From Campylobacterota bacterium (GTDB taxonomy: Bacteria > Campylobacterota > Campylobacteria > Campylobacterales > Sulfurovaceae), in assembly GCA_034722955.1 (NCBI GenBank), contig JAYEOM010000114.1, positions 1 through 32,168 of the forward strand: 32,168 nucleotides of DNA. Direction: 5' to 3'. Below the pieces are notes generated by a model that ran no database searches, was not told where the DNA came from, and was given only the letters and a program-made list of their open reading frames with translations. Shown in pieces: positions 1 to 9,047 of this stretch. The translations under genes were made by a program, and so were the position numbers. Position 1 is the stretch's first letter; every line of letters starts with the position of its first letter.

Positions 1-953
1 CTGTATCCCCACTCGTTATCGTACCAAGCCAATACTTTGACTGTCTTACCATCAATAACATTGGTCATGTCAGGTACAAAAGTAGAGCTGTAGGTTGATC
101 CGATAAAGTCACTCGATACTCTCTTGTCATAGTCTATCTCTATCAAGCCTGCAAAGTCTCCTTTGGAAGCAGTTTCGAAAAGTGCATTGATATCATCAAC
201 AGTTGTATCTTTTTTCAAATTGACAGTTAAATCTACAACTGAAACATCTGGAGTAGGTACACGCATAGCATAACCATTTAGTTTGCCTTTGAGTTGTGGC
301 ATAACCAACGCGATCGCTTTTGCGGCACCTGTAGTAGTAGGGATCATATTGACCGCTGCTGCACGAGCTCTACGCTTATCTTTGGCATGTTTGACATCTA
401 GTACATTCTGATCATTAGTATAGGCATGGATCGTTGTCATGAGACCATTTTCGATACCATACTCATCATCTAGTACTTTACAGATAGGAGCGAGACAGTT
501 GGTAGTACAGCTTGCATTGGAGATGATCGCTTCACCTTTGTAGTCGTCTGTGTTGATATTCAATACAAAAGTAGGAGTATCATCTTTCGCCGGAGCAGAC
601 ATAACTACCTTTTTGACACCGCCATGGAGGTGTTTTTGTGCACTCTCGGTTGTCAGGATCGCACCTGTACACTCGATAACCAACTCTGCACCTGTCGAAC
701 CGAAGTCGATGTTGGCATGATTTCTGTCGCTAAACATTTTGACCGGTGTACCATTGAGCTCTATGCAGTCATCAGCAATAACCTTTGCATCAATACCTGT
801 ATGAACACTATCATATTTAAAAAGATACTCAAGCATATCCGGTTTAGATGTTGTATTGAGTGCTACAAGCTCGATGTCATCTCTGCTCATAATAATCTTT
901 GCTACGATCATACCTATTCTACCAGTTCCGTTTACTGCAACTTTAAGTGCCAT
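1..953 (-). CDS. gap: Glyceraldehyde-3-phosphate dehydrogenase, type I (3' end runs off the window)
   Basis: Not in the ORF track. Minus strand from ATG at 953 reads MALKVAVNGTGRIG...NASCTTNCLAP (catalytic Cys)...AWYDNEWG; AAAGGA RBS upstream. Confidence 0.97.
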   Translation of the reverse strand, partial: MALKVAVNGTGRIGMIVAKIIMSRDDIELVALNTTSKPDMLEYLFKYDSVHTGIDAKVIADDCIELNGTPVKMFSDRNHANIDFGSTGAELVIECTGAILTTESAQKHLHGGVKKVVMSAPAKDDTPTFVLNINTDDYKGEAIISNASCTTNCLAPICKVLDDEYGIENGLMTTIHAYTNDQNVLDVKHAKDKRRARAAAVNMIPTTTGAAKAIALVMPQLKGKLNGYAMRVPTPDVSVVDLTVNLKKDTTVDDINALFETASKGDFAGLIEIDYDKRVSSDFIGSTYSSTFVPDMTNVIDGKTVKVLAWYDNEWGY

Positions 954-1049
954 ATTTATTTCCTTTGTATATTAATATAGATGGAATAATACACCTTTTT
1001 TATGGTGAGTATCCTGTAGGTCTGCCTATTTTTTCACCTATTTGATAAG

Positions 1050-1089
1050 AAAAACCAATTTAAACCCTATAAGTGGTTTCAAATTGGTT
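1050..1089 (-). terminator. Probable intrinsic terminator after pgm
   Basis: Inverted repeat AACCAATTT-AAACC...GGTTT-AAATTGGTT followed by a T-run on the minus strand, just downstream of the pgm stop. Confidence 0.55.
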
Positions 1090-1099
1090 ACAAAATTTA

Positions 1100-2734
1100 C
1101 TAAAGCAGAGAAGAGACCAGTGCTTGTGCCTCTTTGAGTATCAACTCAAGATGTTCTTGCGAAATAAAGCTCTCGGCGTAGATCTTGTATATATCTTCTG
1201 TACCTGAAGGACGCATCGCAAACCATCCATTTTGACTGACCACTTTGAGTCCGCCTATCGCTGCATCGTTGCCTTTGGCATTGGTCAAAATATCTTCAAC
1301 CTCTTCACCTGCTAGTGTAGAGAGCGTTAGCTCTTTGGGATTGATCGCTTTGATCGCTGCTTTCTGCTGGAGTGTAGCCGGAGCGTCTACTCTCTTATAG
1401 TATGAACGACCAAACTTCTCCTCTAATGCACCATACAAGATAGAGGGGTCTTTGCCTAGTTTTGCCCACATTTCAGCTGCTAGGAGATTTAGGATGATCC
1501 CATCTTTGTCTGTACTCCATACTTTGCCATCAAAACGCAAAAAGGAGGCACCTGCACTCTCTTCACCTCCAAATCCAAGTGTTCCGTTGAATAGTCCATC
1601 AACAAACCATTTGAATCCAACAGGAACTTCGTAAACTTCAACACCTATATCATCAGCGACTCTATCTATCATCGCACTTGATACGAGAGTTTTACCTACT
1701 TTTAAACTACTACTCCACTCTGGACGATTGCCAAAGAGATACCATATAGCTACACTGAGGTAGTGGTTTGGATTCATTAGCCCACCTGTAGGAGTGATGA
1801 TACCATGTCGATCCGAATCAGCATCATTTCCAAATGCAATATCATATTTGTCTTTAAGTGCTACGAGTGATGCCATAGCAAATGGACTAGAGCAATCCAT
1901 GCGAATCTTGCCATCATGGTCTAGTGTCATAAATGAGAAGGTTGGGTCTATGTATGGATTGACTATATCCATATTGAGTCCATATATCTCGTTGATCTTT
2001 TTGTAGATATCAACACTAGCACCCCCCATAGGGTCAACACCTATGCGAATCCCTGACTTGATGATAGCATCCATATCTACTACCTCAGACAGAGCTTTGA
2101 CATATGGAGTTACATAGTCATATTCATTAATATATTGACTATTGAGTGCCTCTTCATAGGAGAGAGATGGGATCGATGAGACTCCATCTTTCAGCAACTC
2201 ATTGGCACGGTTCTCTATCCAGGAGGTGGCATCCACATCAGCTGGTCCGCCATTTGGTGGGTTGTATTTGAATCCACCATCTTCGGGGGGATTATGTGAT
2301 GGTGTGATGATGATGCCATCGGCTTGATCTCCACCATTTTTGTTATGTTCTAGTATAGCAAAAGAGACTTGCGGGGTTGCAGTGTATCCATCATCCTTGG
2401 CTATAAGCGTAGAGACTTCATTGGCAGCCAAAACCTCTATAGCAGTGATCTGAGCAGGGGTTGACAGTGCATGTGAATCCTTGCCTATATAGAGTGGTCC
2501 CTCTATCTCCTCTCTTTTACGGTATTCACAGGTGGCTTGCGTCACGGCACGAATATGTGCATCATTGAAACTCCTCTTTAGAGCTTTTCCTCTATGACCT
2601 GAGGTACCAAATGCAACTCGTTGACTAGATACTGATATATCCGGATTTAGACTATAATAGGCTGAGATAAGTGCTGGTATATCTACCAGATCATCTTTGG
2701 AGGCAGGTTTGCCTGCTCTTGAATTTGTTGACAT
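1100..2734 (-). CDS. pgm: Phosphoglucomutase (alpha-D-glucose-1,6-bisphosphate dependent)
   Basis: FGTSGHRG, TPSHNPP (phospho-Ser), DADSDRH metal loop, GEESAG, RPSGTE; 544 aa. Confidence 0.96.
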   Translation of the reverse strand: MSTNSRAGKPASKDDLVDIPALISAYYSLNPDISVSSQRVAFGTSGHRGKALKRSFNDAHIRAVTQATCEYRKREEIEGPLYIGKDSHALSTPAQITAIEVLAANEVSTLIAKDDGYTATPQVSFAILEHNKNGGDQADGIIITPSHNPPEDGGFKYNPPNGGPADVDATSWIENRANELLKDGVSSIPSLSYEEALNSQYINEYDYVTPYVKALSEVVDMDAIIKSGIRIGVDPMGGASVDIYKKINEIYGLNMDIVNPYIDPTFSFMTLDHDGKIRMDCSSPFAMASLVALKDKYDIAFGNDADSDRHGIITPTGGLMNPNHYLSVAIWYLFGNRPEWSSSLKVGKTLVSSAMIDRVADDIGVEVYEVPVGFKWFVDGLFNGTLGFGGEESAGASFLRFDGKVWSTDKDGIILNLLAAEMWAKLGKDPSILYGALEEKFGRSYYKRVDAPATLQQKAAIKAINPKELTLSTLAGEEVEDILTNAKGNDAAIGGLKVVSQNGWFAMRPSGTEDIYKIYAESFISQEHLELILKEAQALVSSLL

Positions 2735-2849
2735 TATTTAACTCCTTACTTGATATGTTTATCATACCACTTTCAGACTTATCTCTCACCCCAAAAGATT
2801 GTAAAATATGATAGAGTTCATAAAAAAGGAGATATTGTACTCTCTACTG

Positions 2850-2882
2850 TAGTAATCTCCATTGCATATTTTGGGTTTATAT
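2850..2882 (-). repeat. Partial copy of the left end of the MITE-like element in the greA leader
   Basis: Minus strand ATATAAACCCAAAATATGCAATGGAGATTACTA matches 18244-18276 at 30 of 33 nt. Confidence 0.7.
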
Positions 2883-2904
2883 TAAGCGTACTCCTTCTTC
2901 GTAA

Positions 2905-4002
2905 CTACTCGAACTCTCCTTCCATAAAATGTTCAAAGATCTCTGTCACTAGAGCTATGCGTCTCTCAAAGCTTGCTTTGGATGCTCGCTCATATATAGT
3001 ATGGTCTCCATCACCAAAAGGTCCCCATCCATCTAGAGTAGGAATGCCTTGAGATGAGATGATGTTGGCATCACTGACACCACCTCTATGCTCTGTAGGG
3101 AGAGAGACTCCACAGAGTCTGTTGATATTTGTGACAAAATCCAACTGTGCATCTGATGGTTGCATCACATCTCTCTGGATCCCTCCACCAAGGGTAGCAT
3201 GTGTACCGGTGACATAGGAGTGAGAGACTATCTTCTCTATAGCTTTAAGGACTCTCTCTTTCTCAGATGTAGTTGTATATCTCAGCTCAAATGTGAGATG
3301 TGATGTAGGTGAGATAGTGTTGGCACCTATACCGCCATGGATCTTTCCTACATTGACTGTTGTCCCTCTATCTAGGTTGGTCAGAGAGACTAACCTAGAG
3401 AGTTTATGTGCTGCCTCCAAGTTGGCATCTGCTCCATCTGCGTAGTGGTTGCCTGCGTGTGCTGCCTTGCCCTCTATATCTACAAAAAAAGTACCTACAC
3501 CCTTTCTAGCTGTTACCACTTCATCTTTTGGGCCTGCAGCTTCAAAAACCATGCAGTAGTCATACTCTTTAGCCAGTTTGGCGGAGAGATATTTGCTATC
3601 ATCACTCCCAGTCTCTTCATCTGACACTAAAAGAAGGTCGATATTACAGATATCTCCTTTGGATCTGAATATATTTCTAAGTGCTTGCAGGGCTACATAG
3701 TTCCCACCTTTCATATCACAAACTCCAGGTCCATAGATCCACTCATCATCTTCACTAAAGTGCTCAAAAGTATCAGGAGGAAATACAGTATCTATATGTC
3801 CTAGGAGTAGTAGTTTTTTACCTTTTTTTGATGTTGATCTGAAGTGAAGATGATCTCCTATATCGTCTCTTCTGTATCTAGTAAGATCCATCCTCAGTTC
3901 ATCTAGCCATTTAGCAAATATCTCACCATTTTTATCAACTCCAGCTCTATTTTTTGTCCAAGAGTTGATCTCTATTATTGATTTTAATTCAGAAAAGTCC
4001 AT
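2905..4002 (-). CDS. M20 family metallopeptidase, carboxypeptidase G2-like
   Basis: GHIDTV, DMKGG, DEETGS, FEAA, AAHAG, GGVSDAN and GDHT metal/catalytic motifs; no signal peptide. Confidence 0.9.
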   Translation of the reverse strand: MDFSELKSIIEINSWTKNRAGVDKNGEIFAKWLDELRMDLTRYRRDDIGDHLHFRSTSKKGKKLLLLGHIDTVFPPDTFEHFSEDDEWIYGPGVCDMKGGNYVALQALRNIFRSKGDICNIDLLLVSDEETGSDDSKYLSAKLAKEYDYCMVFEAAGPKDEVVTARKGVGTFFVDIEGKAAHAGNHYADGADANLEAAHKLSRLVSLTNLDRGTTVNVGKIHGGIGANTISPTSHLTFELRYTTTSEKERVLKAIEKIVSHSYVTGTHATLGGGIQRDVMQPSDAQLDFVTNINRLCGVSLPTEHRGGVSDANIISSQGIPTLDGWGPFGDGDHTIYERASKASFERRIALVTEIFEHFMEGEFE

Positions 4003-4057
4003 CTATCTGTTTCCTTATCGTTTAGTTGCACAATGATAACAGACTTTTAGTATATTA

Positions 4058-4066
4058 TGGTAAAAT
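4058..4066 (+). promoter_or_regulatory. Extended -10 element (TGnTAAAAT) for the ATP-grasp operon
   Basis: TGGTAAAAT about 45 nt upstream of ATG 4112, with an AAGGGGAG RBS. Confidence 0.5.
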
Positions 4067-4111
4067 ACGCGAAAACAGTAGGGTACTCAAACAAGTCCAA
4101 AGGGGAGAATT

Positions 4112-5035
4112 ATGTCAAGAAAAATAGGTATGTGGCTCTATCATAATGGTGGCGGAGATAAGATAGAGAAGAGAATCATCAAGAGGCTCAAGGAGCGTGA
4201 TATAGAGACAGTCTCAAATATCAATCTTCGAAATGCAATCGCAAAAAATGGACATATCATTCACGATAAGTTGAAAGTAGACAATCTTGATCTATTCTTC
4301 TCTTACAATGCAGGTGAACAGACACAATATCAGATGTTTTTATATCAAGCACTTAATCGTGTCATTCCTATGATCAACAGTTTTGATTCATTTGCTCTCA
4401 CAGAAGACAAATTTCAAACTTCATATCTCTTGAGAAACAACGGTGTAGCTACTCCTGACTACAAACTCTGCCACAGAGATGATAGTAGACACTTGACATC
4501 TATCATCAAAAAATGGGACAAGATGGTATATAAGCCTACAGATGGATGGGGTGGTGTTGGTCTGACCAAGATCGAGAGCGAAGCGACACTAGATACACTG
4601 CTCCCTTTCCTCAATCAGATGGATTTGAGATTTTTCTATGTTGAGAAGTTTATCACTTATGACAATACAGACTTCCGCGTTGATATAGTAGATGGTGAGT
4701 TTGTCGGCTGTTATGGACGAAGAGCGAGCAAAACAGACTGGCGTACAAATGTCACTAGTGGGGGTTCTGTATTTCTCAGGGAACCTACGGATGATCTTAT
4801 CAAACTAGCAAAAAAAGCAGCCAAAGTTTGCGGTACAGATATTGCTGGGATAGATATCATCTATGATATGGAAAAAGAGGAGTATGTAGTTCTTGAAGTC
4901 AATGGTATCCCTGCTTTTGCTACACCAGAGCAAGAGAAGCTCGGTTTGGACTTTAACAATAAAAAAATTGATCTCATCGTAGATATGATCGATAGGAAAA
5001 CAGAAAAACAAAAAAAGAGAAGAGGGCAAAAATAA
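4112..5035 (+). CDS. RimK/GshB-like ATP-grasp ligase 1
   Basis: DKF, YKPTDGWGGVG, VEKFI, DFRV, WRTNVTSGG, GIDII, VLEVNGIP. Confidence 0.9.
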   Translation: MSRKIGMWLYHNGGGDKIEKRIIKRLKERDIETVSNINLRNAIAKNGHIIHDKLKVDNLDLFFSYNAGEQTQYQMFLYQALNRVIPMINSFDSFALTEDKFQTSYLLRNNGVATPDYKLCHRDDSRHLTSIIKKWDKMVYKPTDGWGGVGLTKIESEATLDTLLPFLNQMDLRFFYVEKFITYDNTDFRVDIVDGEFVGCYGRRASKTDWRTNVTSGGSVFLREPTDDLIKLAKKAAKVCGTDIAGIDIIYDMEKEEYVVLEVNGIPAFATPEQEKLGLDFNNKKIDLIVDMIDRKTEKQKKRRGQK

Positions 5036-6453
5036 TGGCAAAGAGAAAAACAGAGAAGCTTCCAAAGATAGGAATGTTATATCTCGATTATGTATTGAGA
5101 TTTTTTGATAAATCAAACCTCAGAGGGTGGCCCGACAAGATCGAGACAGTCACCTATCACTGGAAAAATGATAAAGATAGATTTGTCCGTGAAGTAAAGA
5201 GGAAAAAGATAGATATTTTGATCGGAAATATTCCTGCTACTGCTTATGAGACTTTTAGGGAGATAGCCAGAGAGTTGCCAAATGTAGAGTTCATCCCATC
5301 ATTAGATACACAGTTCTCTAACAAATCCAAAGAGAATGTGACTCGTTTTGCTTGGAAATATGATATACCTATCCCGAAGACTTATATATACTACGATGCC
5401 AAAAAAGCCCAAAAATTTATGGATACTACAAAGTATCCAAAGATCATCAAAAAAAGTTACGGACCATCTAACTATGGTGGATACTTTGTACATAAAGTAG
5501 ACTCCGCAAAAGAGGCAAAATCACTTATAGCCAAAAAGAGGTATTACCCTGTATATATGCAAGATTTTGTTCCTATGGAGGCAGATGTACGAGTTATGCT
5601 CATCGGTCACAAGCCAGTATGTGCCTTCTGGAGAAGAGCACCTGAGGGTGAGTGGCTGACCAACACTTCTCAGGGTGGATCTATGGATTATCAGAAAATA
5701 CCCAAAGAGCTACTGGATCTAGCTGTCAAAGTATCTAAAGATGCAAATGCAGAGTATTGGGCTTGTGATATAGCAGTAGGTAGAGATGGTAAATATCGTA
5801 TACTTGAGTGTGCTACTGCTTTTGCTGCTTTCCCATATATCAGAGATTGGATAGGGCAGTATTTGATGTGGAAATTCAGTGATGGTCGTTTCCCTAAGCC
5901 AAATATCCCTCTCTACAACTGGGAGGAGCTGGGCAAGATGGATAGCTCTGTACTCAGAACACTTCGTTATATTACCTTTGGTAACTATACTCCTAGTTAT
6001 GATGGTGCATATTTCCTCGACAAGAAAAGGGTGAAGAGTGTAGATGGTGATGTTCTACTGCATAAGCTAGACTCACTATATCCTATGCTCATGACAGAGG
6101 ATCGCACCAGAGAGGAGTGGCCAAGTGAAAAGTGGAATTTTCAAGATAACTATGGCAAGTCTATCTCAAAAGTCTCTGCAAAGAAAAATCCTGAATATAG
6201 TGATGATGAGAGTATGGAGGGTGAAGATCTATCAACTATAGTATTGGATGAGAAGAAGATGACAAAAGTTCTCACCTCAGTCAAAGGGATAGGCAAGAAA
6301 AAATCAGATGCTATTATGGAGAAGTATACCATGGTAGAGTTGATTCATATTTTGGAAAAAGATCCTAAAAAACTGTTGAGTATCTCTTGGGTCAAGAAAA
6401 ATATCCTAGAAAAAGTTCTCGATGAGTGGAATGACTTTAAGAAAAAGCTCTAA
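5035..6453 (+). CDS. RimK-like ATP-grasp ligase 2 with a long C-terminal extension ending in a helix-hairpin-helix-like motif
   Basis: IIKKSYG, MQDFV, DVRV, WLTNTSQGG, ACDI, ILECA; tail LTSVKGIGKKKSDAI; TAATG stop/start overlap with ligase 1. Confidence 0.85.
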   Translation: MAKRKTEKLPKIGMLYLDYVLRFFDKSNLRGWPDKIETVTYHWKNDKDRFVREVKRKKIDILIGNIPATAYETFREIARELPNVEFIPSLDTQFSNKSKENVTRFAWKYDIPIPKTYIYYDAKKAQKFMDTTKYPKIIKKSYGPSNYGGYFVHKVDSAKEAKSLIAKKRYYPVYMQDFVPMEADVRVMLIGHKPVCAFWRRAPEGEWLTNTSQGGSMDYQKIPKELLDLAVKVSKDANAEYWACDIAVGRDGKYRILECATAFAAFPYIRDWIGQYLMWKFSDGRFPKPNIPLYNWEELGKMDSSVLRTLRYITFGNYTPSYDGAYFLDKKRVKSVDGDVLLHKLDSLYPMLMTEDRTREEWPSEKWNFQDNYGKSISKVSAKKNPEYSDDESMEGEDLSTIVLDEKKMTKVLTSVKGIGKKKSDAIMEKYTMVELIHILEKDPKKLLSISWVKKNILEKVLDEWNDFKKKL

Positions 6454-6459
6454 TACAAT

Positions 6460-9039
6460 ATGAAAAATCAATATCAATCCTATGCAGAGAGTCTTGATTT
6501 TCTTCAAGATATGCAAAAACAGCATCCCAACTTGATCGAAGTGGTCAAAATAGGGATAACCTACGAAGAGAGAGAGATCGTATTGGTGAAGATCTCTCAA
6601 AATGTAGAAGAGGCAGACAGCAAACCTGCGATGCTATATACAGGAAGTATTCATGCAAGAGAGTGGATAGGCAATGAGTTGGCACTGAAATTTATAGAGT
6701 ATGTTGCCAAGAATCAACATGTCGATCCAGAGCTTGAGAAGAGTTTGAGCGAATCTACTATCTATATGGTACCCTGCCTCAACCCAGACGGTTTTGAGTA
6801 CTCTAGAAAACACTTCTCGTTTTGGCGTAAAAATCGCCGTAAAAATGCTGATGGTACTATAGGTGTAGATCTCAACCGGAACTTCTCTATTGGATGGAAA
6901 AAGAGTAGTAAAACCAGCTCAAATATCTATGGTGGTGAAGCACCATTTAGTGAAGCAGAGACCAGTGCTATCAAAGCCTTTGTCGATGCACATGACAATA
7001 TTACTGTAGCTTTTGATTATCACTCTCAGGGAAATGTATTTTTCCCAGCACATAAATTTAACCATGAAGCAGAGATAGATGGTACAGATCTCAATGCAAT
7101 GTGTGCCAATATGAATGATGAGATCGCCAAGGTCACAGGGCGGCATTATGGTATCCATAGAGGTAAACCACCTGCACAGCTGATCAGTGGAAGCGGACGA
7201 GAGTACTACTACTCCAAGGGGATCATCGCTACAGTAGTAGAGGTAGGAACCAAAAATATACCTGACTATATGAAGAGTATGAGCAGCAGTGTCCATGAAA
7301 ATATACCAGCACTCCAACATGCCTTTGGTGAAGTTGTTAACTACTCATCTCAAGCACCGCATCGTGTAGAAGATTTTACTATAGAGGAGGTACTCTCTAG
7401 CACAGTTACATTGACTTGGGAGTATGAAGATAGAGATGTTATCTGCTTTGAGATCTTTAGAAGTACCAAAGATAAAGATGCCTGCAATGATCGTACACTT
7501 ATCGCTGTAGTTGGCGAAAACAGCTTTGTCGATACCGATTTGGAGAGCTCTACCAACTATATATATACCATAAGAGCTGTCAATAAAAAGAGTGGATACA
7601 AATCACCTTTTGCTCCTATTGTCAAAGTGAGAACAGGGCTCGATGATGATGAATTTTTTAAGCTTATATTTGCCAGCAAGAGTGGTACAGGATATCTAGG
7701 AGAGTATACACAAGAGCAGAATCGTTCACACTTTGGACTCAATTCACTCTTTGTGGGTATCAATAAATCCAAAGGTATCTGTGATGCAGTTCTCAGCTTT
7801 GATTTTGATTCACTGCCGGATGATGCGGTGATCAAAGAGGCTAGGGTATATCTATATCCCATGAATCGTGTAGCTGCCAAGATAGAAAAATTTGGTGAGT
7901 GGAATCTCTCACTGATGAAGCCTGACAGCTTCAGTGAAGTTACTGACTTCAAACAGGTTGACAGTGCCCAAACCAAAGGTACCATAGGTCGAGCGATCAA
8001 GTCTAGCAACTTGACTCAGGGGATTTGGAATCTATGGGAGTTCTCCAGTCGTGAGTGTGAACTTCTCCAAGAGGAGATATCCAAAGGAAGAGCACACTTT
8101 CGTGTCGATGGTCCCAAGTATCTTCCCGATGGTGAAGATTCTCAGATGATGCAGTTTGATATAGGTTATGGACAGTTTGGCGGTGGTATTCAGTATCGTC
8201 CTATCTTGGATATCAAATATACTGTGGCCCAACAGAAGATCAAGCTGCCTGCTGTAACACTCACCACAATTGCCAAGAAGGGTGTAGAGGAGGGTGTGCT
8301 AAAGAGTGGTTTTGATGCTGATGGCAATAGAATCTATGGATATTTGGATTTTGATATTAGTGCACTGCCTGATCCTGAGACTACAGTCATAACCAAGTGT
8401 GCCCTAAAGATAAAAAATAGTAACACCTTTAAGAAAAAACGAGATATTCTCTACTATATCGAGCTGGTTGAAGTCGATGAAGTTGGAAGCTATGAAGATA
8501 TCAAAAATCGCGATAAGATTGAGTATATAGGGTATGAAGTCTCTGAAAATGATTTGGCAACTAAAGAGTATCGATATTTCAACTTTGATACGCTCTCCAA
8601 ATTGGCACTTGATGAGATGCATCTGCTTGGCAAGAAGCTCAAGCTGGTTATCCGAGCTAGCTCTGCAACCGGTGCCAAAAATCGTGTAGTCAAGTGGGTG
8701 CCTGATGTAGAGTTGGTAGTCAAGTATATAGAGAAGAGGCGGATTGCCCCGGTTTCTGCTGAGAACTTTCGCATTACCAAAGAGGGCGGTATGATCAAGC
8801 TCAATTGGGATGAGGTAAAAGATAGTGCTGTTACGGGATACTATGTAGTGAGAAATACCTTTCATACACCAAGACATTTTGCTGATGGGGTGAAGATCTA
8901 TGGTGGAAAAGATACCTATACTTATGACAACTTTGCCTCTATGGACATAGGTAAATATTATGCTGTATTCACTTATGACAATGTCCCGAACTTCTCAGAA
9001 CCAGCCACTGTAGAGTACAATCCTCTAGAGACCTATTAG
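6460..9039 (+). CDS. Multidomain M14 zinc carboxypeptidase with FN3-like and repeated beta-sandwich domains, no signal peptide
   Basis: HAREW, NPDG, WRKNR, VDLNRNF, SEAET, DYHSQG, VEVG; FN3 pattern VTLTW...YTIRAVN; two 'FD..SLPD..VI..A.L' segments. Confidence 0.9.
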   Translation: MKNQYQSYAESLDFLQDMQKQHPNLIEVVKIGITYEEREIVLVKISQNVEEADSKPAMLYTGSIHAREWIGNELALKFIEYVAKNQHVDPELEKSLSESTIYMVPCLNPDGFEYSRKHFSFWRKNRRKNADGTIGVDLNRNFSIGWKKSSKTSSNIYGGEAPFSEAETSAIKAFVDAHDNITVAFDYHSQGNVFFPAHKFNHEAEIDGTDLNAMCANMNDEIAKVTGRHYGIHRGKPPAQLISGSGREYYYSKGIIATVVEVGTKNIPDYMKSMSSSVHENIPALQHAFGEVVNYSSQAPHRVEDFTIEEVLSSTVTLTWEYEDRDVICFEIFRSTKDKDACNDRTLIAVVGENSFVDTDLESSTNYIYTIRAVNKKSGYKSPFAPIVKVRTGLDDDEFFKLIFASKSGTGYLGEYTQEQNRSHFGLNSLFVGINKSKGICDAVLSFDFDSLPDDAVIKEARVYLYPMNRVAAKIEKFGEWNLSLMKPDSFSEVTDFKQVDSAQTKGTIGRAIKSSNLTQGIWNLWEFSSRECELLQEEISKGRAHFRVDGPKYLPDGEDSQMMQFDIGYGQFGGGIQYRPILDIKYTVAQQKIKLPAVTLTTIAKKGVEEGVLKSGFDADGNRIYGYLDFDISALPDPETTVITKCALKIKNSNTFKKKRDILYYIELVEVDEVGSYEDIKNRDKIEYIGYEVSENDLATKEYRYFNFDTLSKLALDEMHLLGKKLKLVIRASSATGAKNRVVKWVPDVELVVKYIEKRRIAPVSAENFRITKEGGMIKLNWDEVKDSAVTGYYVVRNTFHTPRHFADGVKIYGGKDTYTYDNFASMDIGKYYAVFTYDNVPNFSEPATVEYNPLETY

Positions 9040-9047
9040 GGTATACG

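Noticed and set aside
624..980. 118-aa plus-strand ORF and the many other short ORFs antisense to long genes (e.g. 2750-3052, 6919-8877, 14619-15035, 24758-25048, 30501-30800)
   Set aside because: Shadow frames overlapping well-supported genes or the IS, without motifs or RBS.
4112..6453. Graspetide RiPP cluster, LysW-type arginine pathway or glutathione synthetase
   Set aside because: No precursor peptide, LysW carrier or gshA visible; argC is 12 kb away and looks like the ordinary acetyl type.
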